Shown here: piece by piece, positions 10,939 through 20,281 of the stretch | How the letters are laid out: each line of letters starts with the position of its first letter | Numbering within the stretch: the stretch's first letter is position 1 | Origin: Candidatus Omnitrophota bacterium | Lineage (GTDB): Bacteria > Omnitrophota > Gorgyraeia > Zapsychrales > Fredricksoniimonadaceae | Assembly (NCBI GenBank): GCA_030650275.1 | Contig: JAUSEK010000001.1 | Location: forward strand, 101 to 64,100 | Length of the DNA: 64,000 bases | Direction of reading: 5' to 3' | The notes under the pieces: model-generated | Database searches by the model: none | What the model was told of the DNA's origin: nothing | The model's input: the letters and a program-made list of their open reading frames with translations, nothing else | Translations under genes and position numbers: made by a program

Positions 10939-10967
10939 AGTATATACAAACTTTGTATATAATGCAA
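10939..10967 (-). promoter_or_regulatory. TA promoter with operator palindrome
   Basis: TTGCAT-17-TATACT; perfect IR tatatacaaa-c-tttgtatata at 10941-10961. Confidence 0.8.
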
Positions 10968-11012
10968 GGTCAATAATCAAAAAATTTGTAATAAGTTAGC
11001 TCTAAAAACGAA

Positions 11013-11049
11013 TTCCCTCCCCCACCGTGGGGAGGGTTAGGGAGGGGGG
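11013..11049 (-). repeat. CCCTCCCC/GGGGAGGG palindromic repeat, second copy
   Basis: Reverse complement nearly matches 891-925. Confidence 0.8.
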
Positions 11050-11255
11050 ATTTTTATTGCTGTGTGAGTTTTTTACCGAAAATTGCAAATCGTGTTCCAG
11101 GGACATGATAAATATGATGGCTTTTGACCAAACTATTCAGATATTTGAAGACATCCCGATGAATTATGTAGTCAAAATCGTGCCGGATGATCACCCCCGA
11201 ATCCGCGAGCATCTTGAAGGCGTTCTCGGATATCTTGAGAAAAGTAGACGATGCC

Positions 11256-11813
11256 TTATTTTAGCTGGAAAGATTTCAGGGCTTCTTCGACCTTTGAAGA
11301 GGACTGGGGATATTTGCGGATGGTGGTCAGAAATGTCAGGATATAGGCCTGGTCCCTGCGGATGGTCCAGGCCACGACGGCTTTAAGATTATCGGGTTTG
11401 GGCGCCTCGAACACCAGGCGATGCCCCTTGCGGCCGCCAAACGCAATGGGCTTGTCTTCAATGATCTTGATATTGGTCTTAAAGACCGCTGCCGTCTGCT
11501 CGACGATGGTCCGGCTGAAGGTCTTGATGCTGGCGATCTCGTCAGGCACGGGCTGGATGGTGATGTTGATGTTCTCGCGAAAGACGTCCAGGGCGGTTTC
11601 TTTGGGGGACAAAAAGACAACCGCCACCCCCGGCTGCGGACTTTCGATCACCTGCCAGTTTTTGGGATAACGGACAAAGAATTTATACGAAGAATTCTGA
11701 TAATCCGCGAATTGGCCGGCATGATAAACGATCAAAATAATGCCGGCCGCCATGGCCAGGGCGGCCATAGCCCCCACGGTAATCAAAATGTTCTTTTTGG
11801 TTTGGGTCTTCAT
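11256..11813 (-). CDS. Membrane-anchored PsbP/DUF1795-like protein
   Basis: N-terminal TM helix, YKFFVRYPKNW, ENINITIQ, C-terminal LKSFQLK pattern. Confidence 0.75.
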   Translation of the reverse strand: MKTQTKKNILITVGAMAALAMAAGIILIVYHAGQFADYQNSSYKFFVRYPKNWQVIESPQPGVAVVFLSPKETALDVFRENINITIQPVPDEIASIKTFSRTIVEQTAAVFKTNIKIIEDKPIAFGGRKGHRLVFEAPKPDNLKAVVAWTIRRDQAYILTFLTTIRKYPQSSSKVEEALKSFQLK

Positions 11814-13937
11814 CTATGAATAAAATTTCTTACCCCGGTCTCTCAATTGGATCAGATACCGGCAGGGCTTGAAACGCCCGTCCTTGAACCTGGTTTCCAG
11901 GGCCTCCATCTGTTTGACAAGGGCCTCGATGCCGACGCTGTCGGCATAACGCAAAAGCCCTCCCCGAAACGGCGGGAACCCCGTGCCCATGATCATGCCC
12001 GTGTCCACCGTATCAGCCCCGTCCACAATCCCCTCTTGAAGGACCATGGCCGCCTCATTGATCATGATGCCGATCATGCGCCCGATCGCCTCTTTTTCAT
12101 CAAACCGGCCGCTGTTTTTGACCAAGGCGGTGATCTGGCCATTGACCGCGCCCCGCCTGCCGGCGGGGTGCACATAAAAACCTTTACCGGATTTTTTACC
12201 CAGCCATTTCATTTCATAGGCCTTGTTGAAAATACCGCAGGGCGCGAACCTGTGCCCCAAGCCGGCCTCCAAAATATGCAGGACCTTGACCCCGACGTCC
12301 AGGCCGACCTCATCGGATAAAGTGAAGGGCCCCATGGGCAAGCCGAAATCCGTGGCAATTTTGTCAATGCGCTCGATGGACCCGCCTTCTTCCAAAAGAC
12401 GTCCAGCCTCATTGACATAACCCAACAGCACGCGGTTGACCAAAAAGCCCGGCGCGTCCTTGACGATGACCGGGATCTTCCCCAAACGTTTGGCGAATTC
12501 AATGGCCGTGACCAGGGTTTCTTTGGAGATCTGCGGGGTCGTGATGACCTCGATCAAAGGCATGCGGTGCACGGGGTTAAAAAAATGAAAACCCACCACC
12601 CTGGACGGGTCTTTGACGATGGCCGCCATTTGGGTCACGGACAGCGACGAGGTATTGGACGCCAGGATGGCGCGTACCGGTAAGGCATCGCTCAAGTCCT
12701 TAAAGACCTTTTTCTTGATGTCCATGTCCTCCACCACCGCCTCAATGGCGATATCGCAATCGGAAAAGCCGATATAGTCCACGGCACCGGAGATCATGGC
12801 CATTTTATTGGCCACCTCATGCGGCTTCATGCGCCGGCGTTTAAGGGCTTGGTTGTACACGTCATACGCGGCCTTGAATCCTTTGGCCACGGCGTCATAA
12901 TTGATATCTTTGAGCCGCACCCATACCCCGCGATTGCTCAACAACTGGGCAATGCCCCCGCCCATGACACCAGCCCCGATCACCGCGACCTTACAGATCG
13001 GCAGGGGCTGGACACCATCGCATCCGGGCGCTGTCAATTTCTTGAATTTCTCCGAGAGGAAAAATACTTTGACCAGATTTTTAGAAACAGGCGTAACGAC
13101 CAATTGGGCGAACGCGGTGGACTCCATGTCTAAAGCGGTGTCCCTCTTTGAGGAAAATGTCTTTTGGACCACGTCCAGCGCCTTGAGCGGTGCTGGATAA
13201 AAACCCTTGGTGCTTTTCAGGACTTCCTTACGCGATCGTCCAAAGACGACACTGCGGCCCAACGAAGTATTTTCAAGGAAAGCGTCCATGCCTTTGCGGG
13301 GATTTGGACGAAAGATCCGCTGGTTGGGCACACGGACGATCTCCCCGATGAATTCGGCCAAGCGCTGCGGCAGGCCTGCCTGCGGATAAAGACGGTCCAC
13401 CAGCCCCATCCTGAAAGCCGCCTCGGCGCTGACCGGAGCGCCGGAAAGGATGAGTTTCAAGGACCCCTGCAAACCGACCAGACGCGGCAGACGAAAAGTA
13501 CCGCCAAAACCCGGAACGATCCCCAGATTGACCTCCGGCAAACCGATCTTCACCTTATCATTGAACGTCGCGATACGGTAACGGCATGCCAAAGCCAGTT
13601 CGCATCCGCCCCCCAGGGCCGCGCCGTCAATGACAGCCACCGTCGGGAAAGCCAAGTCCTCCAATTTGTCCAGAACCCTTTGCCCGGCCTGCGATTTGGC
13701 CTTGCCGTCGTTGACCTCAACGATGTTCTCGATCTCCTTAATGTCCGCGCCGGCGATAAAAATGTCCTTTTTCGCGCTTTGGATGATGAGGGCCGTCAGC
13801 GGGGGCCTGTTCTTGATCTCGTCAAGGATCCTGTCAAAACGGGTGATCACGTCAGCGGTCAGCACATTGACCTTGACGTCGGGGGCGTCAAAGGTGATGA
13901 TCCCGATGCTGGCTTCCTGTTTAAAAAATACGGGCAT
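11814..13937 (-). CDS. fadJ: Fatty acid oxidation complex alpha subunit (enoyl-CoA hydratase/3-hydroxyacyl-CoA dehydrogenase)
   Basis: FIAGADI, LGGGCELAL, LPEVNLG, GAGVMGGG, SNTSSL, HFFNPV. Confidence 0.93.
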   Translation of the reverse strand: MPVFFKQEASIGIITFDAPDVKVNVLTADVITRFDRILDEIKNRPPLTALIIQSAKKDIFIAGADIKEIENIVEVNDGKAKSQAGQRVLDKLEDLAFPTVAVIDGAALGGGCELALACRYRIATFNDKVKIGLPEVNLGIVPGFGGTFRLPRLVGLQGSLKLILSGAPVSAEAAFRMGLVDRLYPQAGLPQRLAEFIGEIVRVPNQRIFRPNPRKGMDAFLENTSLGRSVVFGRSRKEVLKSTKGFYPAPLKALDVVQKTFSSKRDTALDMESTAFAQLVVTPVSKNLVKVFFLSEKFKKLTAPGCDGVQPLPICKVAVIGAGVMGGGIAQLLSNRGVWVRLKDINYDAVAKGFKAAYDVYNQALKRRRMKPHEVANKMAMISGAVDYIGFSDCDIAIEAVVEDMDIKKKVFKDLSDALPVRAILASNTSSLSVTQMAAIVKDPSRVVGFHFFNPVHRMPLIEVITTPQISKETLVTAIEFAKRLGKIPVIVKDAPGFLVNRVLLGYVNEAGRLLEEGGSIERIDKIATDFGLPMGPFTLSDEVGLDVGVKVLHILEAGLGHRFAPCGIFNKAYEMKWLGKKSGKGFYVHPAGRRGAVNGQITALVKNSGRFDEKEAIGRMIGIMINEAAMVLQEGIVDGADTVDTGMIMGTGFPPFRGGLLRYADSVGIEALVKQMEALETRFKDGRFKPCRYLIQLRDRGKKFYS

Positions 13938-13952
13938 TTGATTTCCTTTAAT

Positions 13953-13980
13953 GTACGGGCACGGCATGCCGTGCCCCTAC
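13953..13980 (-). repeat. GTAG-type REP-like palindrome between thiolase and fadJ
   Basis: Minus strand gtaggggcacggcatgccgtgcccgtac. Confidence 0.8.
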
Positions 13981-13982
13981 AG

Positions 13983-15260
13983 TCAACGTTCCAAAACTAC
14001 GGCTGCCCCCTGGCCTCCGCCAATACACAAAGACACTAATCCCCTATTGAGGTTATTGCGTTTCAAATGTTTCAACATGGTCAAAATGAGCCGCGCCCCG
14101 GTGGCACCGACGGGATGCCCCAAAGCCACGGCCCCGCCGTTGACGTTCAGCTTGGCCGGATCTATGGACCCTGTATACCCCTCATAACCGAATTGCTTGG
14201 CGAATTGCGGCGAATCCATGGCTTTCAAACAAGCCAAGACCTGCACGGCAAAGGCCTCATTGATCTCAACGGCCTGCATGTCGGACAATTTCAAACCCGC
14301 TTTCTTTAAAGCTATGGGAATGGCGTGGGCCGGGCCTATGCCCATGCGCCGCGGCTCCACTCCGGCAAAAGCGAAAGACCGGATATACCCCAGGGGCTCA
14401 AGGCCCAATTCTTTCGCGCGGCTTTCGGAAGCGACCAAAAGGGCCACAGCCCCGTCGGTGATCTGGCTGGCGTTGCCGGCCGTGACCGTGCCGCCGGTCC
14501 TGTCAAACACGGCTTTTAATTTACCCAGGGCCTCCATGGTCTGCCCCTCGCGGGGACCATTGTCATCCATCACAAGTTCCCTGAATTTCGGACCCGGAAT
14601 GACCGGCACGATCTCCTGGCGCAGCGCATAGCGGCCGGCAATGGCCTTTTGATGGCTCAACAAAGAAAATTCGTCCTGTTCTTTGCGCGTAATGCCGAAT
14701 TCCTTGGCCAGCACCTCCGCGGTCTGCCCCATGCCCAAACCGCAGACCGGATCGGTCAAGCCCAGCATGAGACCGATGCGCGGGCTGAAATGACGCGGAC
14801 GAAATTTTAAAAAGGCCCACAACCTGGCCACGGCTGTTTTGGCCCTCTGCACTTCGCCGAATATCTCCTGCGTGTCTTTGCGGAAAAAAAACGGGATATT
14901 GCTCATGGATTCGGTGCCGCCGGCCAAAATACAGCGGCCTTCCCCGGTCCTGATCCTGACGGCGGCGCTCACCACGGCCTCGATGCCGGAAGCGCAATTG
15001 CGATGCACGGTGAAAGCCGGCGTCGTCACAGGGATGCCGGCCAGCAAAGCGATGACGCGCGCCACGTTGGCGGCGTCCATCGGCTGGGCCACGTTGCCGA
15101 AGATCACCTCGTCGATGACCTTGACATCAAGCGCCATACGGTCGATCAGTTCCCGCGCGGCGATGCGCGCCAATTCCTGCGCGCTCAAATCATTAAAAGC
15201 CGTCCCCATCTTGCAAAACGGGGTCCTGATGCCGTTGACGACCGCGATCCTTTCCATCAT
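13983..15260 (-). CDS. fadI: 3-ketoacyl-CoA thiolase
   Basis: NCASG, INEAFA, GHPVGATG, CIGGGQG. Confidence 0.93.
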   Translation of the reverse strand: MMERIAVVNGIRTPFCKMGTAFNDLSAQELARIAARELIDRMALDVKVIDEVIFGNVAQPMDAANVARVIALLAGIPVTTPAFTVHRNCASGIEAVVSAAVRIRTGEGRCILAGGTESMSNIPFFFRKDTQEIFGEVQRAKTAVARLWAFLKFRPRHFSPRIGLMLGLTDPVCGLGMGQTAEVLAKEFGITRKEQDEFSLLSHQKAIAGRYALRQEIVPVIPGPKFRELVMDDNGPREGQTMEALGKLKAVFDRTGGTVTAGNASQITDGAVALLVASESRAKELGLEPLGYIRSFAFAGVEPRRMGIGPAHAIPIALKKAGLKLSDMQAVEINEAFAVQVLACLKAMDSPQFAKQFGYEGYTGSIDPAKLNVNGGAVALGHPVGATGARLILTMLKHLKRNNLNRGLVSLCIGGGQGAAVVLER

Positions 15261-15263
15261 TTT

Positions 15264-16745
15264 TTACGCTTTCGGCCGGATATCCACGATCCGTTTTTCC
15301 TTGTTGGCCGTTTCCAGTTCCAGACGTTTGACCATTTCGGAAAGCGGGATGATCTTCACCTCGTTGGGGGAAATCTCCGCGCTGGCCACCAGTTTGCTTT
15401 TGACATCGTCCGCCAGAGCCGACGCATCCTGCCCTGCTTTAGGCGTGATGTACACGGCCACCTCGTCCACATCATAGGGATCATTGTTGTGTTTGCGGAT
15501 CTCGATCTGCCATTCCTCAACATACGGGATGTCGCTGATGACACTGCCGAAATGGCTCAAATTGACCAAAGCGCCTTTGATCTTGGACAATTGCAGGTCT
15601 TTATTGTCGGAAAGGCGGGTGATATCGCTCGACAACCGCAAGGTCGTCCTCCGGCAATAAGGACATGCCCCGTACGTCATGCCGCCTGTGACGATATCGC
15701 CGGTGCGGTAACGCAGGACAACGCTGGCACGGGCATCCAGCGCGGTATAGACCAGTTCCCCATCCTGGCCTTCTTCCTTGATCTGGCCTGTTTGCGGGTC
15801 AACGATCTCAAAGATCTCTTTGTCTGGATAAAGATGATAACCGCTGGAAACGTCATGGGGCGCCGGGCATTCGGCCCAGGCCGAACGCGCCTCTGTAAAA
15901 CCATAGGTCCCGAAAATAAAAACGTCCTTGGCCCCCTGCCGGGCGAGCATCCCGGAGAGTTTTGCTTTATACCCCGGGGTGACCTTGGCGGCGCCCAGCA
16001 CGATCTTTTTGATGTATGAGAGGTCCTGCCCTTTTTCCTGGGCAAAACGCACCAGATGATAAACGTAACTGGGCACGCCCAGGACCACCGACGGTTTGAT
16101 GCGCGAGAGCGCGACCATGTTGCCCTCGGTGCCCAGGACCTTTCCCCCGCCGGTGCTCAAAGAGAATACCCCCGATTCCAGCGCTCCGAAAAACACCTGC
16201 CAGAACGCCAGATGCGGGGCAAAAGGAAAAATGTTCATGATGCGCTCATCGGGCGCGATATCGAACAGACGCACCATCCGGCTTCCGGAAAGGTTCAAAT
16301 TGCCGATGTCAGCGCGGCTGTAGATAAAAGGCACGGGGCTGTTGGTCGTTCCGGTCGTGAACGTCATAAAGACCGGACGGTATTCGCGGCCCAGACGGTC
16401 CTGGACATGTTCTTTGCCTTTGCATAAAGACAGGGCCGCTAACTTCAATAATTCACTTTTGGGCCAAAAGCGGCGCATCTTTTCCTGGTCCGGCGCAAGG
16501 ACGAAATCGCGGAATTTCTGGGGGTTTTCTTTGGAAATGAGGTCCAGTTTGCTGGTGAAAGGAAGGTGCTTTAAGTCCGCGGTACCGCGGATATGGCGGG
16601 GATCAATGTTGTTGTCATCAAATAATTTGCGGTAATGGGGACTGAACGGATAAACGTGACGGTTGATGAAATGGCGTAACTTCCGGTCCTGGAGGGCTTT
16701 GACTTGAACGTACGATAAAGACGTGAGATCAGACCACGGATCCAT
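15264..16745 (-). CDS. Phenylacetate-CoA ligase-like (PaaK family) AMP-forming enzyme
   Basis: LPFTSK, FTTGTT, YGFTEA, RYRTGD; start taken at 16745. Confidence 0.82.
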   Translation of the reverse strand: MDPWSDLTSLSYVQVKALQDRKLRHFINRHVYPFSPHYRKLFDDNNIDPRHIRGTADLKHLPFTSKLDLISKENPQKFRDFVLAPDQEKMRRFWPKSELLKLAALSLCKGKEHVQDRLGREYRPVFMTFTTGTTNSPVPFIYSRADIGNLNLSGSRMVRLFDIAPDERIMNIFPFAPHLAFWQVFFGALESGVFSLSTGGGKVLGTEGNMVALSRIKPSVVLGVPSYVYHLVRFAQEKGQDLSYIKKIVLGAAKVTPGYKAKLSGMLARQGAKDVFIFGTYGFTEARSAWAECPAPHDVSSGYHLYPDKEIFEIVDPQTGQIKEEGQDGELVYTALDARASVVLRYRTGDIVTGGMTYGACPYCRRTTLRLSSDITRLSDNKDLQLSKIKGALVNLSHFGSVISDIPYVEEWQIEIRKHNNDPYDVDEVAVYITPKAGQDASALADDVKSKLVASAEISPNEVKIIPLSEMVKRLELETANKEKRIVDIRPKA

Positions 16746-16752
16746 ACTTTTT

Positions 16753-16781
16753 AGTGTAGTATAACCCGCCGCGGGTGACGA
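16753..16781 (-). promoter_or_regulatory. Putative leaderless promoter
   Basis: TCGTCA-17-TACACT-7-ATG. Confidence 0.45.
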
Positions 16782-16792
16782 GCGAAATCTCA

Positions 16793-16841
16793 AAAAAGAA
16801 ATCCCCGTTTCTGCCCAATGGCGGAAACGGGGATTTTCTTT
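16793..16841. terminator. Intrinsic terminator, likely bidirectional
   Basis: aaatccccgtttc...gaaacggggattt stem with A/T tracts on both sides, just downstream of the 16858 stop. Confidence 0.8.
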
Positions 16842-16857
16842 CTCAAAGACGAATTAA

Positions 16858-17268
16858 TTACTTTTGCGCGGGAGCGGGAGCTGCAGCCGGAACAGCGGCA
16901 GGGGCCTCTTCCTCTTCAGCCGGATCTTCTTCGGCAGGAACAACAGGCGCTTTGGCTTCGGCAACTGCTTTGGCTAACTTCTCGGCGAACGGGGTCGAAT
17001 CAGAATCATAGGCGGCCTTGCCCTTAGGGCAGACATTGAAAGAAACGCCCTCGGCTTCCATCTTGGTATAATCATTGGGGTCATTCAAATTCAACTCACG
17101 GCCGGTCAAAGGACAGATCTTGTTGCCCGCTTCTATAACAACAGGGGCGGCGGGTTCGGCGGCAACGGCAGGTTCTGCGGTAACAGCGGGTTCGGGGGCG
17201 GTTTGGGCGAAAACAATACCCGCGGCAAGAGCGAATGCGGCGGTCAAAACAACCAATTCCTTATTCAT
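16858..17268 (-). CDS. Secreted low-complexity protein with degenerate YHS-like domain
   Basis: Signal peptide, (A/P)EPA(V/A) x3, GNKICPLTG...FNVC, Ala/Pro/Glu tail; SD AGGAG. Confidence 0.75.
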   Translation of the reverse strand: MNKELVVLTAAFALAAGIVFAQTAPEPAVTAEPAVAAEPAAPVVIEAGNKICPLTGRELNLNDPNDYTKMEAEGVSFNVCPKGKAAYDSDSTPFAEKLAKAVAEAKAPVVPAEEDPAEEEEAPAAVPAAAPAPAQK

Positions 17269-17342
17269 AACTTCTCTCCTTTTTTTAGATAAGAACTATT
17301 TCTTATACATTACCACAGATGAAAACTTTTCCAAACATTTTT

Positions 17343-18455
17343 TTAAGAGCCCCTGGCGCACAGTTTCTTTGTTTTCTCTTCAATGCAGGCCGTCAATTCT
17401 TCAAAAGACCTCTCGAACGCCAAAAGGCCTTCATCCAGCAATTTCAGGCACAGGACATTGACGTCCATGCCCGATGCCCTCAATTCCTCCAGGGCGCGCT
17501 GGGACGCGGCCACATCCTTAAAGACCGCCGCAGTCTTCAGCGTCCCGTGATCTAAAAACGCTTCCAGGGTCTTCTCCGGCAGGGTATTGACCGTAGGACG
17601 GACGATCAGTTCCGTGACGTATTTGATATCGCTGTAACAGGGATCCTTGGTCCCGGTCGAAGCCCACAGCACGCGCTGAACGCGGGCGCCTTTGGCTTCA
17701 AGTGTTTTGAAATCAGCGCCGGAAAAGGTCTGGCCGAACTTATGAAAAATGATCGCGCAATTGTGCACCGCGGCGCGCCCCTTCAAAGACGCTTTTTCCT
17801 CGCCCAGCCATTTGTCCACGGCCGTATCAATGCGGCTGACGAAAATGCTGGCCACCGAACGGACCTTGCTGACATCTCCGCCTTCCTGGGCAAAACGGCT
17901 TAATCCTTTGATATAACTCCAGGCCACCTGCTGGTATTGTTCAGCGGAAAAAATGAGGGTCGCGTTGACGTTAACGCCTTCGGCGATCAACTGTTCAACC
18001 ACCAGACAGCCGTTTTTGGTGGCCGGGACCTTGATCATCACATTGGGCCGCGCCAATTTTTTCCAGAGACGCAGCCCTTCCATGAATTGCGCCTGGATTT
18101 CCCTGCCCAATTTCGGGTTGATCTCCAAACTGACATAACCGTCCAAACCTTTGGTCTCTGCATAGACCTCTTTAAAAAGGTCAGCGGCATCCTGAACGTC
18201 CTTGATGGTCAGATCGTCGTAGATCTCAAATGTGGACTTGCCGGCTTCCGCTAATTCTATGATACGGCTGTCATAATCGGCGCTGGACGTGACGGCCTGT
18301 TTGAAGATGGTTGGGTTGGACGTTTGCCCGCGCAGTCCCTGGTCAATGAGGGATTTGAGACGGCCGGAGGCGATCATAGAGCGGCTGATATTGTCGATCC
18401 AAAAACTCTGGCCGAGGGCCGCGATCTCGTGCATCTTTGTTTTAGGCATGATCAT
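17343..18455 (-). CDS. tal: Transaldolase
   Basis: FWIDN, TSNPTIF, MIKVPAT, NATLIFS, SIFVSRID, WASTGTK. Confidence 0.96.
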   Translation of the reverse strand: MIMPKTKMHEIAALGQSFWIDNISRSMIASGRLKSLIDQGLRGQTSNPTIFKQAVTSSADYDSRIIELAEAGKSTFEIYDDLTIKDVQDAADLFKEVYAETKGLDGYVSLEINPKLGREIQAQFMEGLRLWKKLARPNVMIKVPATKNGCLVVEQLIAEGVNVNATLIFSAEQYQQVAWSYIKGLSRFAQEGGDVSKVRSVASIFVSRIDTAVDKWLGEEKASLKGRAAVHNCAIIFHKFGQTFSGADFKTLEAKGARVQRVLWASTGTKDPCYSDIKYVTELIVRPTVNTLPEKTLEAFLDHGTLKTAAVFKDVAASQRALEELRASGMDVNVLCLKLLDEGLLAFERSFEELTACIEEKTKKLCARGS

Positions 18456-19393
18456 TTTCTTTTGATGACCTTTTTGACCGCTTCAATGATATTGACGTCC
18501 TTCAAACCGTAGTGCGCCTGCAACTGGGCAGGCGTACCGCTTTCGCCGAACGAGTCCTTGACCCCGATGATCTCCATGGGGGCCGGGGCATGCTCTGCTA
18601 CAACTTCAGCGACGGCGCTACCCAAACCGCCGGCCATTTGATGCTCTTCCGCCGTGACAATGGCGCCCGTTTCCTTGACGGAAACGACAATGGCTTGGAT
18701 ATCAATGGGTTTGATGGTGTGCATGTTCACGACTTTAACGCTGATGCCCTCATGAAACAATTTTTCGGCCGCGGACAAGGCCTCGGACACCATGGCCCCG
18801 CAGGCAATGACCGTAACATCCTTACCCTTGCGCAGGACATTGGCTTTGCCGATGACAAACGGGTCTTCTTGTTTGGTGATGATGGGAAGCGGCGCGCGGC
18901 TGGTGCGCATATAAAAAGGGCCAGGCGTATTGGTGATGGCGCGGGTGGCTTTTTTGGCTTCAAGGACATCCGCGGGGCAGATGACCCTCATGTTGGGCAA
19001 AACCCGCATGATGGCAAAGTCCTCCAGGCACTGGGCGCTGGCCCCGTCTTCCCCGACGGTCACGCCGCCGTGCGAGCAGACCACCTTGACATTGCAATTG
19101 TTGTAGCAGATGTCCAGGCGGATCATGTCATAGGCGCGGTTGGTCAAAAACACGGCAAACGACGTGGCAAAGACGACGAAACCCTGGGTGCTTAAACCCG
19201 CGGCCGTGCCGATCACGTCCTGTTCCGCGATGCCGAGGTTAAAAAAACGTTCGGGGAATTCTTTCTTGAAATATTCCGCGCGGGTGGCGTCTTCCAGGTC
19301 GCCGGAAACCACGACAATGTTCTGATTGACGCGGCCCAAAGCCGTTATTTCTTCGCCGAAACCGTCACGGGTCGGGATGGGTTTTAATTCCAT
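18452..19393 (-). CDS. tkt: Transketolase, C-terminal subunit
   Basis: GIAEQD, GEDGASAQ, TIKPID, TAEEH. Confidence 0.95.
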   Translation of the reverse strand: MELKPIPTRDGFGEEITALGRVNQNIVVVSGDLEDATRAEYFKKEFPERFFNLGIAEQDVIGTAAGLSTQGFVVFATSFAVFLTNRAYDMIRLDICYNNCNVKVVCSHGGVTVGEDGASAQCLEDFAIMRVLPNMRVICPADVLEAKKATRAITNTPGPFYMRTSRAPLPIITKQEDPFVIGKANVLRKGKDVTVIACGAMVSEALSAAEKLFHEGISVKVVNMHTIKPIDIQAIVVSVKETGAIVTAEEHQMAGGLGSAVAEVVAEHAPAPMEIIGVKDSFGESGTPAQLQAHYGLKDVNIIEAVKKVIKRK

Positions 19394-19394
19394 A

Positions 19395-20246
19395 TTATTT
19401 TCCGCCAGAGGCGGATCCGCCTCCGGCGGACAATTCCTTTAATGCCTGGGCCAATTGCTCTTGATTAGGTGCCTTGCCGTGCCAGGCGCTTTTGCCTTCC
19501 ATGAATGAAACGCCTTTGCCTTTGACCGTGTGGGCGATGATGACCGAAGGTTTGCCCTGGATGTCTTTGAGCGCGTCAAACGCCGCAACCAGGTCCTTGA
19601 TGCTGTGCCCGTTGACCTCAAAAACATGCCAGCCGAACGAAGCCCATTTTTGACCCAGCGGCTCCAAATTTTTGATCTCATTGGTGGGGCCGTTCTCCTG
19701 CACCTTGTTGTAATCCACGATGGCGCAGACATGGTCAAGTTTGTAGTGGGCCGCGGTCATGGCCGCTTCCCACACCGACCCTTCCTGGATCTCGCCGTCG
19801 CCCAGGAGGCAATAGACCTTGAAATCCTTGCCGCGCATCCGGGCGCCCAAAGCAATGCCGTTGGCGAACGCAAGCCCATGCCCCAAAGACCCGGTGCTGA
19901 ATTCAACGCCCGGGACCTTGGTATGCACGTGGCCCTGCAGACGGGCGCCGAACTTGCGGAATGTTTTTAATTCTTCTTTGGGGAAATAACCGAAATTGGC
20001 CAGCGTCACATAAACCACGGGGCTGACATGGCCTTTGGAAATGATGAGGCGGTCGCGGCCCTCCCATTTCGGATCAGACGGCTTATGGCTCATCTGATGC
20101 CCATAAAGGGTGAGCATGATCTCGACGCTGGACAAGGAACCGCCCGGATGGCCGGAACCGGCGCAGGCGAGGGTCTCTAAGATCTCATGGCGTATTTGAA
20201 CGGCTTGACGTTCGAGGGAAACGATATCGAGCGGCTTTACAGACAC
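19395..20246 (-). CDS. tkt: Transketolase, N-terminal subunit
   Basis: SGHPGGSLS, SKGH, GDGEIQEGSVWEA, HTVKGKG; GTG start at 20246. Confidence 0.95.
   Translation of the reverse strand: MSVKPLDIVSLERQAVQIRHEILETLACAGSGHPGGSLSSVEIMLTLYGHQMSHKPSDPKWEGRDRLIISKGHVSPVVYVTLANFGYFPKEELKTFRKFGARLQGHVHTKVPGVEFSTGSLGHGLAFANGIALGARMRGKDFKVYCLLGDGEIQEGSVWEAAMTAAHYKLDHVCAIVDYNKVQENGPTNEIKNLEPLGQKWASFGWHVFEVNGHSIKDLVAAFDALKDIQGKPSVIIAHTVKGKGVSFMEGKSAWHGKAPNQEQLAQALKELSAGGGSASGGK
19401..19430. repeat. TCCGCC-GGCGGA 30-bp palindrome translated in frame (SAGGGSASGG)
   Basis: tccgccagaggcggatccgcctccggcgga; near-identical copy at 62097-62126. Confidence 0.85.
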
Positions 20247-20252
20247 GCAAAG

Positions 20253-20281
20253 AGTATATTCAAATCCATTTTGTTCGTCAA
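20253..20281 (-). promoter_or_regulatory. Sigma70 promoter of tkt-tkt-tal, leaderless geometry
   Basis: TTGACG-17-TATACT-6-GTG. Confidence 0.75.

Noticed and set aside
11027-11386. 119-aa plus-strand ORF
   Set aside because: Starts inside a repeat and runs antisense into the PsbP-like gene; no recognisable motif. A short gene remnant at about 11105-11255 cannot be excluded.
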